A DNA stretch of 63,445 nt, filler included, from Perkinsus chesapeaki ATCC PRA-425 (Eukaryota; Protista; Perkinsozoa), in the NCBI GenBank assembly GCA_013115145.1. It is 5 parts of 5 records of this genome, joined end to end, with 100 filler letters (N's around TTAATTAATTAA, not from the genome) between each part and the next. Parts side by side here need not be neighbours in the genome. Positions count along the whole stretch, not along the records: positions 1 to 30,124 come from JAAPAO010000444.1; 4 more parts are not named here. One strand, given 5' to 3'. Each line of letters starts with the position of its first letter. The first letter of the stretch is position 1. Under the pieces are notes generated by a model. That model was not told the DNA's origin and searched no databases. It worked only from the letters and a program-made list of their open reading frames with translations. Position numbers and translations under genes: made by a program. Positions 1 through 12,919 of this stretch are shown piece by piece.

Positions 1-3000
1 ACGCAGGTACATTGTGTGCGCAAGCCATCATGCTGTCTCCTCCAAGCTCTGTCCTCTCAATGATCATCTGTTGCCAGGGAGAAGTCCATAAGGATAATTA
101 AGCCAATTCGAACTGAATTTAGCTATAACTGTGCCAATTGGGACACTGCACGCAACTCCATGTACGCATATTTACATTCATTCCTTTACAAATTGCCTCA
201 CCAAAGCATCACTTAAAAGTACGAAAACCTGAACTCCGCCTCCTGTATAATTGTGGATTCGCTCAGAATCACCCATGCACGCATGTACATTTCGTGAGCG
301 AGTTGCACTGTGCAACTTCCGCAGCGCAAGCCATCCGGACGCTTCCCAAGGTCTGTCGATGACAGACTCTTCTCTTAGAGATAGTGATTATCTGATAGTC
401 AGCTTCCAGGGACGAACTCCATCAAGATGGATAAAATAAACTTGATCGCTACTTAAGTTCGAATCCCAGGGCGTGCATTTTTTCAGCATTTTTTTCTGCG
501 CGCTCACGGGGAAGTGAACTTAAGAGGGTGTTCAACGACCCCTCTCGTGTACAGGGGTAATAAGCGGGCCGAAGGCCCGCGATTCTCTTCAGAAATACAA
601 TATTCTCCGGTTGCTACCGTCTGGACTACTTCCTGCTACCGTCTGGACAACTGGCCCATGTTTCCACTTTTTGTGATCACATTGCGCGACGTCACGGCGG
701 CCATCATCATTACTTTCTGTTTCTGCTAGTTTATCAATGTCGAGCCTTGTCTCGAGGATTTGTAACACTGTACATTATGTGTCATCTGGATCAACAGTAA
801 CATCTACTATAACAGATAACAACTCGACAACCGCCTCTGGCAACCTGTAAGCCACCACTTCAATGGGGCCATGTTGCTCCCTTGAGAACACCTTTAACCA
901 TTCTTCTTAGTCGGGGTCCCACTTTCGAACGATAGTATTTACTACCTCCAGTGGCAGGAATATTACGGAAATTTTCGAACCTTCCTCAAATTCAAAGTTT
1001 GCTGACGGACCCTGCCGGTTTTCCAAGTCTTATTGGTCTTATTGGTCGTCGCCTTATTGCCTAGCAATGTGAACAGGGTATTATATTAAATTGGAGTACC
1101 CTTGATGGCTACTTGCCACACAGACACACTTCCTATCGAAATTCGTATCACACCTCGACATTAGGGTATCATTTCCGTTGGTGATAGGCTACACTCAGCC
1201 TTAGTCTTGGAGGTGGTGATTCACCCAACTTGAGTGAATCCCCCCGTAGGAATAGGGCCACAATCCCACTTAGTCTTAGAGGACAGCCTGTATGGTTTCA
1301 GATTAAAGACATTCTCCTGTAATCGGTGCGGCCGAGCAATAAGAAAGGAAGATAATGTTTTTATGTACCAAGACCAGACCTTTTGCAGTAGGGGATGTCG
1401 GGAGGGGATTCCTGGGTAGTACTAGTACCATGCCATCACGGTGGCCGTTATATGATACTACTTACCATCAGATACGAGGAGGCTTTGAATGTAGAGCCTA
1501 TTGTGAGGAGTGATACACATACTAGTGAGCTGTGTTATGAGGGCCTAGAGGTAGGCTATGGGCAAACAGAAGAAGCTTTGAAGACTTACGTATTATTCGT
1601 ACTCTGCAACTGTTGCAGAGTACGTAGAGAGACGGAGTACGTACAGAGTAGAGAGTTGAGTAGCAGAGTGTTGCAGTGCAACATGAAGTATTTCACCTGG
1701 TGTTACTGCCAAACGCGCCACCCTCAAGATCTCATACCGAAACTCTCAAAATTGGCTGATAAATAGAAGTGTTAGTGCTTGTCCGAAGAGAAACGCAGGC
1801 TCTCACTTGCGTGTCCCCAATAACATCATCATTGCTCCAAATGGCCATGCTTGAGCTTTTTCGGCAGGTGTCACTCCCTGAAGAACTCTCCTCGTCTGAG
1901 GGAGACCTCCTCAATCGTAAAATGGAGTAAGCAATAGCAGACACTGTTATTCCTATCACAATGCGCAGATTTCATTCCAGCGGGGATCTCAAGGATGACA
2001 GCGATTCTTGTATCAGCTGTCACGAGGATGTAGGATAACTACATTGCTAGATCAAAGCTGACCTGGACTCGTTTAGGAACCGACTGACGCCTATTTATTT
2101 TCACCAGCGGCGACATCACTTTTGCTGTTTTCACATGTCACCGAGTCCCCTCTGGTAGTTTCCTTCTCCTTCCTCGATTGTCCCCATTGTGTTCTGCAGA
2201 TGTCTGGCAACCTCTTCCCGTCCGATCAGAATCCTAGCTATCAGGTAAATCACTCTGTAGCCTGCTTTAGGGTATATGTCATCATCATCATCCCTCAGGC
2301 TGTAGAAAATGAAGATCTCCGAGAGAACATGAGTCCTAGCATATCCTTAGTGAAGTTAGTCAATGCGTGACAACAACAAGAACAACAACAACAACAACAC
2401 TACATAGTTTCCTTTGCTGTCGATTGCATATAAGAATTTCACCAAGTGCCCTCATTTCACAGTATATAGAGTATTAGTGGTAGCTCACGTTGTTATTGTT
2501 GTTAGTCCCTCCGCGTCTTGTTGTTCTTGTCGCTCCCCTCGCCCTGCCTAGTCTAATTGGCTGACGGTTAAGTCCGTTTTAGAGCCTAGCCATAGCTCCA
2601 CGGAAACAACCAAGTCAACCATAATTGTATCATTTTTACGGGGTATTGTTGTCTTTTATAATTTAACTGTTAGATTCATATCTTGTGTTAAAGTGTCCCC
2701 CATCTGCCGTACGCCTCTACTGAACGATTCGCTCATCTGTCTGGTGTTACTCAGAGCGACATGCCTCTACACACCCTTAAGAACACACGAGATAGGGGAT
2801 ACCACCGCCGGTGAACACCGTAGGCGACGATCGCAGTGCGGAAAGTTGAATAACGATATAATCTCGAACACTACTAGCCTTACTAGCTTACTTACACGTC
2901 ATTTTAATCAACTTGCTACCCACCCACTGTACAGCTGACCGTAATTGGTCATGACCTTCGTATGATCTAGTGCGCCCCCCCCCTCCACTGTGAACTCAAG

Positions 3001-3028
3001 ATTGTATCAAATGTCATATCATTTACAA

Positions 3029-5944
3029 TCATGCTGCCTTTTTTCGTACGGAATGGGCCTTCCGAGCCACAACTCCCGACATGGTCAGCTGGCGAATGTC
3101 CTCACGCTGTTTTAATACGATATCGTTGAGCTCCTGCGGTGAAGTGGAGCTCTCTATAATAAGAAGAATTCGGCACCTTAGCGAAGGCGTCAGCTTTGGT
3201 CAACTTCTCCCGAAGCTCTTCGATCACTTCATCCTTCCTATTCAGCATTCTTCTAACTCTGTCCTCGAGTGACCGAATCACTTCATCACTATTTATCTGA
3301 AACTTTGGTGAGCGAAGTGAACGAAGTGGGGACTCCCGAAGTGATTGGAAATTTCGTACTGGAATCATACTTGACAGACTACCGTAGATATCATTGTTAA
3401 GAAATCCTCCAGAGCAGTCAAAGTGATCCTATGCACCACCTTTCCCAAGCGTTCAACCTCACTATGGTGAATACCGCTTCGCCACCTACCTTTTGTTCTT
3501 CCAACTTTTCCATCATGTTTGCTCGTACCACGCTCAGCTCTCCCTCCAGTCGTGCCGTCTCTCGTCTACAAATTAATCCAGCGCCACAACTCACCAAATT
3601 CTTACTTCAACTGTTCCTTCTCCCCCACACTTGTTTGCCTTTCCTTTTCTATCTCCAACATAGCTTTGCTCTTTTCCCTTTCATATCCGAGTATCTTATG
3701 TCAACCTTCCGCTACTACTATCTAGCCAGCTTCACCTACCATGTCCTTGTGTCTCTGCTCAGACTGCGCTGTCTGCTCCCTTGTCAGCCTTAGCTGTTCG
3801 CAAGTAGCCTCCAGAGCCTCCTTCAACTTCCTTATTTCCGCGTCCAAATTCTCTCGTTCCCTTCCGGCCACCGCCATCTGAGACTCGTCAAAATGCTGCA
3901 TCAGAACGAACCTCACTTTCGTGCGAAGGTCTGCAAGCTGCTCCATCAGGTCTGCCTTTTGCCGTTCCCACTCCTTCACTGCCGATGCCTTGGATCGATG
4001 CTCGGCCTCGACGACTTCTCTGCTCAGCCGATCAACAACGACGGCGACCTGATGCCAGAAATCCTTTCCTGCGCCAGCGCTTCCATCACTTGACGGTCTC
4101 TCTCTATCTCGCATTCTTTTCGTATTTCCCCTTCCTTGTGTTTCAAATCCCCTTCTAACTTTTCCCTTATCTACCATAACACGTAGAGCCATCGATAATG
4201 CCATCCCCTCACACTGTCCATCCAGGCTTCTCTTTCCACCTGCTCTGCTCGTTTAACATCCTTTATTTCACTCTCCTTTGCTGCCCTCATGCGCTCCAGC
4301 TCCTCCTCAAACCTTCTCTCGGCCTCCTTAGCGCGACTGTGCTCCTCCAGACGGGCCTGCAACCAGTTCAACTTGAGCATAGTCCGATTAATCGTGCTGC
4401 GTGCATTATAGCTCAAGAGACACTACTGAGCTAGTGAAGACACCAGGTATACCCTGTCAGACCTGGTGCATGCCTTCTCTTATCTTCACGTCCAATCGGC
4501 TCCTTTCTTCCTCGGCCTTAGCTCTCATTTCTGCAATCTCTTGCTGATGACTGGACCGAAGTAACCGTAGCTGTTCGCTCCACTTCTCTGACTCCTCTGC
4601 CACCTGAAGCGGATTTACACAAGAGCATACCAAGGAGACCTCCCAAACCTGTCGGCGGCAGCGATCTCTTTCAACCAGCAGAAGCGCATCGCATTCCCTC
4701 TTCAACGCCTCGATTCTTGTCTCCAACTGTAGCTTGTGTTGCTCCGTCAGCTCCGCGCGCAAACTACTCAAAGCGTCCCGATGCCTCTCAGTGAGTGCCT
4801 GTGTAACGTGAATGGTGCTGGCCTGTCCTGGTCTGAGGGATACTTGTTTCTCTTTGCGGGCCTCGGAAAGGATTCTCTCAACCTCAGGCTCGAGCCCGCG
4901 TATTGTAGCCTCCTTGATTTCCTTTGTTTTGGTGGATTCCCACTCAGACCGTCGCAGCTTTTCCTGAGCCATCCATAGCTTCTTCTGCTTGCTTACCTGA
5001 TAAAGGTCGTGCAAGTATCTAAGTGTGCATCTATTTCTCCAAAGGATGGGAATGTTGGCAACACTGAGGTCCCTCAAGACGTATCTCAAGCACTTTGCCT
5101 TCACAATTACACACCAGACAGCTGATGCACTCTCGATGGAATGTGTCTGCTGGCGGCTGTGCCGCGCCCAGCGTTTGCGTATTTAGCTAGTCGACCATGT
5201 ATTAAGAGCACTCGGCCGCTAGAAATCTCTCAGTATCTTACTTCGCGTACTAGATGCTCTTCAGCTTCTTCTTTCAGCATCTCTGCCCTTTTCTCACTCC
5301 CTCTGAGTTCTTCAACAAGCTCCTCACATTGCTTTGTTAACTCTGTTTTATCAATAAGGAGTTTGTCGATCATCTTGAGCTGCCTGTCCCCCTTGCTCGC
5401 CAGCTCTCTTTTGATCTGTCACCACAATATTTCTAATCTTTCCCAGGCAAACTCGTTCCACCGTTTGTATCTTTCTCTCAGCCTCGTGTTCTGCTTCACG
5501 AATTCGGTTAGCCCACATCCTATCTTGCTCTTCTAACTTTTGCCGCAAGTCACAAATCCACGATGCTTTATCAGCCACCTCAGCAGTAAGAGTCGCGACT
5601 CTCGCCTGCTCATTGTGGTATAATATCACAAACCGTTTACTGATCTCACTTGGAGCTTCGCGACGATCTCACTGTTCCCTCTGGTGCTCGAAGCTCCATT
5701 GGCCGGTAGTGAGCAACTGTCCAGAGACTGTGCAGCGGAGCAGCCTCGACCACTCCTGTTTCCCGATTAACAGGGCCACAGAGCTCAGCACCAACCTTAG
5801 CCCTTCCAGTACGGTTTCAGACTTCTCCTCAGCTTTCTCGATTAACGATATTATCGACCCTAGCCGCACATCGGTGACTTTCTCTCGCTTCCCCAGAGAT
5901 GATTCGTATAACTGGCACAATGTTTCGGAGGAAGTTTCGTTCAC
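3029..5944 (-). CDS. CEP131: CEP131/AZI1-like centrosomal coiled-coil protein (multi-exon; 5' end approximate)
   Basis: Exons LWMAQEKLRRSEWESTKTKEIKEATIRGLEPEVERILSEARKEKQ and LEDRVRRMLNRKDEVIEELREKL resemble the conserved CEP131 segments (EKIRREKWI..KTKKIKEITVKGLEPEI; VK.AL.RKEE). Spliced last exon ELNDIVLKQREDIRQ...KKAA* ends at 3029. Confidence 0.75.
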
Positions 5945-6408
5945 TACTGGAGTCTGACTGGAGATTCGAGGTGGTTGTTCGGTTCTTTGTTCTCCACTCC
6001 CTCGTGTGTGTTATTAATCACCGGAGTTCCAGCTACCCCTCTGCCAGGGGTCCCATCACAGGTGGACATCTATATAGATTTTAGTTGACACTAACAACAC
6101 AAGACGTTGTGATCACAGAGCTTCAACATAAGATACACTTTGCTGCTCATGCAGTGTAGTTAGCTCATTCAAGGCTTGCGCAATGATATAATGATCTGCC
6201 CATATATCCCAGGATCGCCACGTCGATACTTCCTGAAACAGAAGAGTCACTCTATCGAAGAAGTTTTGTTGGAAGGAGTAGGAAGCTCCTTCATGGAAAG
6301 GGAACAAGAGGTTAGAACGAGTTAACAGTGATTGTGGGGATGAGCTATCATTCAAGCGAGCTATCCGGAAGGGGTTCGCATTCTAGCTCATCAGGCATCA
6401 CTGATGCA

Positions 6409-7974
6409 TCACAGCTGGTGCGGCACAAGTCTCCAGATATCATCTTGTAGGATTTGTCTACTATGTAAGGGCAACTCGTGATCGTGGCTGACAAAAACAT
6501 TCTTAGACAGACCTGCAGTGTGAGAACTTCTCTTAGTCTTGTACGCATACGAAGGCAGATGTGATGAACGCCTACTAGCCGAGCCATACCACCATAGATT
6601 GAGAACCTGAAGTCTAAGGATATAATCTGAGCCGAGCATCATTGGGACGCACTTATCCTTGTTCCATTGACCACTGCAGGTAAGTATCGTCTCTGGAACT
6701 TCGGCGGCTACCAGTTCAATAACTGCCGCTGGGGGGCTGGCAAACATCATCCAGGAGAGACCAGCGCCATGTGCTCCTATGATGACGTTAACTGACCTGA
6801 AAGCATCATCACATCAACCTCCACGTGCTCATATCTCGCACACACCCTATGATCTTGGCCTGCTCTAGGAGGCTCTGTTTCCGCGACAGCTTCTCTATCC
6901 GCGCACCAAACTTTCGCGCCACATCTTCCGCGTTTCTTATAATACGACCGTGGCCATCGGATCTCTGTATTATAATTATCTGAGGCTTCCTCAGATTATC
7001 GGCCATAGTAGCTGATGCTGATGGCCCGAGCAAGGCTTTGCGAAGGTCTCGAGCTGCCCTGAGGGATGGGAGTCCTCAGGTCACGGGGACGGGTTTCGAC
7101 AAGTGCCCCACCTTATAGTGCTATTGGCTTCGACCTGCCGGCTTTGTCTATCAGCTCTGGTGTCATCTCCGCCCCACCGTACATTAGGATAACATGCATC
7201 TGCCTTATGATCAGTAAAGAGTAAGGGCGGCAGGTCCGATAGTATGTTGAGAATGGGACCATAAGAAGCATACCACTTCTTTATCAAATCAGGCTCGGGG
7301 TACCCAAGGTTAGTGACAAACCGTGGCGTCAATGTGTGCATGTCATTCTCATCTAGTTTAACGTAAAGCAACACCACTCTGACCTGCGATGGCTGCAGAC
7401 CAACCAGACGGCCGAAGCTCCGCAAGAGCCAATGGAAATTATGCCAAAGATTGTCATAGTAGCCACTTATGGGTATCACTAAGGCAGTGCGCAGGCTCCA
7501 TCGGAGAGTCATTGCATCACGATCACGACCGAACACAGGTACGCTGAGCTTGGCGTTCTCAGTCGCCGCGATTAGCTCTGTCAAGTGGTTGCCGTTATCT
7601 GTCAATACGCTATTATTATAGATACAAGAAGCCTCAAGGTCTATCTTCATCGGTGGTTTATCAACTCGCGAGGATAGTAGTTCGTATTCAGCAGCGGGGT
7701 AAGCGCTCCATGCAAGCGCAGATGCGTTCCGGGCGCCGCGAGGATCAGCAGCGGCCACAACGCGGCCATTCGGGTCCCGAACTTCAACTCCGGGCGGGAA
7801 CATGTCCCAGGTTTTGGCCATCCTGGCAAAATTGTACAGAATAGTATTAACAGTATCAAACGCCCAGATGTCGTCGTCGAGGCACTCGCTGGCCAGTGTT
7901 GTGAGCTGAGCCATCGTCTCGGCGATATTTAGTATGGCACCTGAAAGGAGGTTGTGGGATTCTATTGCGACCAC
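6409..7974 (-). CDS. Glycosyltransferase family 61 (DUF563)-like protein (multi-exon; probably extends 5' to about 8640)
   Basis: Motifs YDNLWHNFHW, IIIIQRSDGHGRIIRNAEDV and IGAHGAGLSWMMFASPPAAVIEL are typical of GT61. Confidence 0.75.
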
Positions 7975-8789
7975 CAGACTGACCTAGATGGCCTTCTTTT
8001 GTCCAGTAAATCCAACAAGTAAGGAAGTCTAGTAAGGCTCCCGGTACACATTCCGACTTCAGGCTTTGCAACCAGAACAGAGGCTCCGAACCTGATAGGC
8101 GCTCCTAAGGCGCTCGCCAGCAGACTGGTAGCACGTACTTTCCCTTTGCCATCGAATGCAGTGCTTTTGATCGGACATCTTGTCTAGTAGAGACCCCAGC
8201 GACATTTTTCCAGCACGCTCATCCGATAGAAGCGAATCTAAGCTCCTGAGGAGTGGCGAGCTCGTCAAAGAATCTTCGAAGATTCATTGAAGGTTAGTAG
8301 GCTGTCCTCACCCTTGCATGGTTAAAGTATAGTCGTAGCCTTCCACACATTGACAATAGTTACTAGTATCAAATGTTTGGCCCCAGAGTCGCCGATACAG
8401 GCGGAGGATGAACACCTCCAACCGATCCAATGGCCAATCAAAGTAGACCTGATAAAACAACTGTCCGAGCTGCCACTTAAGTGGATACTTTTTCTAATGC
8501 AACTTGGGGGTCATCATCACCACCAGAATGATACATGTCAAAGAGCCAATACTTGTAAAAGTAGTATCTGCGGCAGAGTTGTTTTTTGGAGAGGTTGCAT
8601 TGATAAGATATGTGGGAGGTTAATTAGCGGCCTAACATCTAATTCTAAAACTGTGTAAGATGAATAAGGTTCGCCTCTGTATAGGAGCTAACTACGAATG
8701 TAGCATTTCGATTTCGAGTTGATGCGGCAAATCCTATAAGTCAATGAGTATTATTCACGTATGTGATACTGAATTGAGCTCGTTACGTT

Positions 8790-10484
8790 TCCCATATATC
8801 GAATATGTAAGCTGCATTATCTCGCTTAGTCTCTCTGTCACTGTACTTCAGCACATTCTGAAGGATGTGCTCTGTCTTTAGCAAGCATGATGCCATCACA
8901 GCCTAACGATAACAGCATGCCTTGCTCTTCGCAGTAGTCCTTCACCTGGGGGCACCGACTGCCATAATCCGTGTGGTCAACGTAAAAGCGTTCGAAAGTT
9001 TCTCGAAGCTCTGGGCTGAAAGGCGACCGAGACTTTGTCTCTTTTAACGAGGTCGATAGGAGCGTCTGAGAGCTGCTATGTCTACAACGGTTTGCTATTG
9101 GAAAGCGTTACTTTTGCTGCTTCTATGTAATCGTCTTCGCAATTGGCATGTTTCGGGTCGAAGCTCTGTATCGTTGTTTTAGATATTGATATTGCCAGGG
9201 GAAGATTCTTATTATAAAGGACATCGTAGTCCTCACTGTTGGTGACACCAATGACTGTGACCCCCGCTAGGATGCCTCCGATACGCCATACCATACAGAC
9301 AACGATTGGATGCTGAGCCTTGGCTCTGCTAATAACAGAACACGACATGTTTTTAAATGTTACATGGAATGACTTTATAATCATGATAGCATCTGCAGTG
9401 ATCACTATCCAGTAGGAGCCCTTTACTCCAAAGGAGCTTCTACCAAGTCAACTTGGAGTGCGTAGGCAGTATAACATAGCGCTTGGATGTCAGTAGTGTG
9501 TTCTCGTAAGGGTTGGTCTGAGCTTTGAAGATGCCAGTGCAGAGTCAGAGTGAATAGATTGATGGGATTGCTCAGCATAAGCTCCTAAGACAGCAGCAGC
9601 AGTAACCAATCAAACAAGTCTTGTGGTGAATAGCTCACTCCCGAATAGGCTCCCACTAAACTGACGGGAGGATCCTCGAGTTGGTTCGGAGATTGTCGAT
9701 CGCGCTGCAGCTGTGGTATTGTGATGATTCATCGAAGACATGTCGTCTTGGCAACGGCACAGGGAGCGCATTCCGTTTGCTGAGACAGAATCACATTGAG
9801 TGTAACTTGTTTCCGATTGTAGTCACCGTCGATTGTGCAATCTGTCCCTTTTGATCTGAACACTCGTGCCGTGATGTGGTAATGTAAATCTGTGCGGATA
9901 TTATGAGGATCGTAGTACTTCCACCTGAACACCAATCATCATATCCACACAGACGGCCTTCGGACCTATCGAACTCTTTCTGCCTCTCGCTAGTTCCGCC
10001 TTCACCGAACGCTACTGGTGCGTTGTTCTGCGAATCTGTAGTAGATTGTGTGGCTTTGGTGTCCCGGATATGGATACCTCTAAAAGTTGTCTCCATTTGA
10101 GGTATACTGACCTCCTCCTCGGGCCATGCGTCACTGGTTACACTGTGACTCTTATCGCTGTTAGCACATTGGAAGACATAGCCTTCTTGAACGGGGTGAA
10201 CACTCTTCAGAAAATGGTCGATAGTCGATAGTTTCTCAGAATGCATCTGAGCTTCATCCGTGCATCATTCCCCCGAGCTCCACGAAAGTACACTAACGGT
10301 TAGACAAGGGGTTAGTGACTAGCCCCTTGTCTAACCACTTCCGATCGCTCTTGGGTCTTACGTGATCATGACGTGATGTCTCAAGTTGTTTAAGGAACTT
10401 TGTTGCGTTGTCGGTGTAAAATGTTATTTCTCCCTCCACCGCACTGTTGCCCTCGTTTGCCGCCACTTGAGGGAGACTATCCAT
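8790..10484 (-). CDS. Hypothetical multi-exon protein
   Basis: Consecutive minus-strand open segments (10293-10484, 9791-10246, 9082-9405) with coding-like composition; no family recognised. Confidence 0.4.
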
Positions 10485-10896
10485 TAGTCAAACTATATAT
10501 TTACGAGAACCGACCCTTTTGTTTTAGGCGGTCAGTTCGCAGGCGAGAGGCTCCACAAAAGAGGGATTAGCTAATGAAGATTCACTTTCCTCTCGTCTCG
10601 GGACTGATATGAATTTTGTGGCGCGCGGGAAATTGCAAGCTTGTCTTGTTCGCAAAATGTAAAAAGTTGATTTTGTACTAACAGGACGTTATAAGTGCGC
10701 CAAAATCGATGACATAGACATGCCTTATTCTTCTGGAAAATGCTACAGTAGTTCTGTAAAGGAATCGGGCTGCCGGGTGGTCTTCTCCTGCTATTATTCC
10801 TATTGGCATCCGTTGCGCATGCGTGCTGATGCTGCCTGCCCCCCCCACCTACCTCTTTATTAGGCTACTGTTGTACCATCATCGTTTGTATCATAT

Positions 10897-12208
10897 ATGG
10901 GTTGCGGCAGTAGTAAAGAAGGTCCTGCTATTGTAGATCATCCTACTAAAACAACACCACCCTCAACACCACCTAAAAATGCCAAGAAAAAACACCACCA
11001 TAGAGGATCGGCGGCATCTGGTCGCCTTAAGTCATCGTCCCCGTCAGAGGCAGCGGCAGCCATAAGCGCTTCGACAATCGCCTCAAAAGATCAACAACAC
11101 CAGGAAGCTGAAAGGTGGTATCATAACTGGAAGACTAGTTAAACTATAATTTGTTATTGTAGGCTGTCCGCATCGTCCACGCCACCGACGGGTACAGAAT
11201 CGTCTGGCCGCCATAGAAGGCCAAGGGACGAGTTCGACTTCAGTAGTGGTGACGAGGATAATACCACTAGAAGTAAGGCAAATAATGGGGAGAGCGGTAT
11301 GAGATGGTTACAGAGCGTACGAGTGCAAAACGTGGTACTATACCCCCTTGGGACGAAGCTTCTGAAAGGCAACGGGCCTTAGAGGAGCGTCGGCAAAGGC
11401 GAAGGGAAAGGGAATTATATAGAATGCAGATGGAGGGTAATCCTTGCTATCATGCAGATGGTTAGTATAGATGATGACTTCAGGACCTAGTCCTCGAGGG
11501 CCACCGCCGCCCCCGCACCAAAATGGTTATGCCTATCGTGGCAGTCCAAGGTCAATGGGAGGATAGTAATAGTAATATTGATTGGATACATCTTATTATT
11601 ACATTTAGCGCTGGAGCAGCGTCACCCAGGCGACCCCCGGTAGCGGCGGTAGGAGGAGGAGGATACTACTATCAGCAATACACCCCTCGGTCATCGGCTA
11701 CTGGACATCACATGCCTGGTGTACCCCCACCATCTCCTAGGGTAATGTACAATAGCAGCCCTAGAATGGGGGGCACCCCACGTGAGAGTCGATCGTCTCG
11801 AGGGGTTTACTCTTACGCTGATAGTGGTGGTTATGGATCCCTTCCTCCTCGGTACCTGCAGCACACTGGTTCCTCGGCATCCCTGTATTACTATTACCAA
11901 AGCCCTCGGGCAGCGTCAACAGCAGCAGCAGCTGGACCTGCCGGTGGCGGAGGCGGCTACACCCCGCGCGGATATCAGCCTAGTCCACGAGCCGGCTGTT
12001 ATTACCCTCCACCAAGCCCTAGAGGGTAGTATTAATTTGTATTATTAATATTAGTATGTCGTTCAGTGGCACACCGCGTGTCGGTGTTACTACCCCTAGG
12101 GGCCGGACTTCAGTAGTAGCCAGTGGTGATCCTTATGGTTATGCTTTAACCCCCCGTGGAGCATCTTCATCGACACATCGGCAATCGAATAATCGAGTAA
12201 GAAAATAG
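10897..12208 (+). CDS. Putative N-acylated (MGCxxS) disordered protein rich in S/T-P-R motifs (multi-exon)
   Basis: Starts MGCGSSKE, a myristoylation/palmitoylation-type N-terminus. Later exons repeat SPR/TPR about 15 times in G/Y/P-rich sequence. Confidence 0.6.
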
Positions 12209-12919
12209 TAGTTGGTAATAACAGTAATAATGTGTCTCAGAAGCATCAATTGGACTTGAATGTTCGCCGACAACAATTGCCGTGAGATATTGATGAAACA
12301 ACAACAACAGCATCATCATCATCATGGATATAAAAAGCTTTTGGGTCACTGCGGCTGTTACTCATTGTTATTTACTATGACTACTTGAGTGCATTATCAT
12401 CATTATCATCATCGTTATTAGATTCTGTTGTAAGTCACTCGGCCTCTTGCCTGTTCGGTCTCATCACCATTGCTATTGTACCCCTGATCGTCATCATCAT
12501 TAACCTAGGTTCGGCTACTTGTATATACTGGATCAGTTTGCCTTCCATCCCCCATCAACCACCCCCATTGCCGCGGGCTACTGCTACTACTTATGAATGC
12601 TGCTGCTTTGCTAGAAGCCTTATTACCAGCTTAGATTCACTAGGCCGTTGAGTCTACAGCTGCTATTATTATTGTTGTTGTTTTGATTGTGGGTATATGT
12701 ATTATTATATAAACTCGATGGTATATGCTCAAGATGATGATGCTACTGCTTTATTTGTATCATTATTAATCGTTATCATCATCATCATCATCATCTTGCT
12801 CACTTGTCCTCCTGTTAGTGCTGCAATCATGCTGTAATAATGACAATGAGGTGAGACCATCTCTTTCACTACAGAAGTATCTCGAATACATTCATCATAC
12901 TACTGCTGTCTTTGATTAG

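Noticed and set aside
730-2400. Fragmentary minus-strand open segments (e.g. EEWLKVFSREQ...LPEAVVELL)
   Set aside because: In-frame stops and no recognisable motif; a gene or retroelement call could not be supported.
10570-10660. Possible snRNA/snoRNA (Sm-like AATTTTGTGG; C/D-like ATGAAGA...CTGA)
   Set aside because: No U1/U2/U4/U5 or SL hallmark sequence, and the C-D spacing is too short; better explained as a promoter-region motif.
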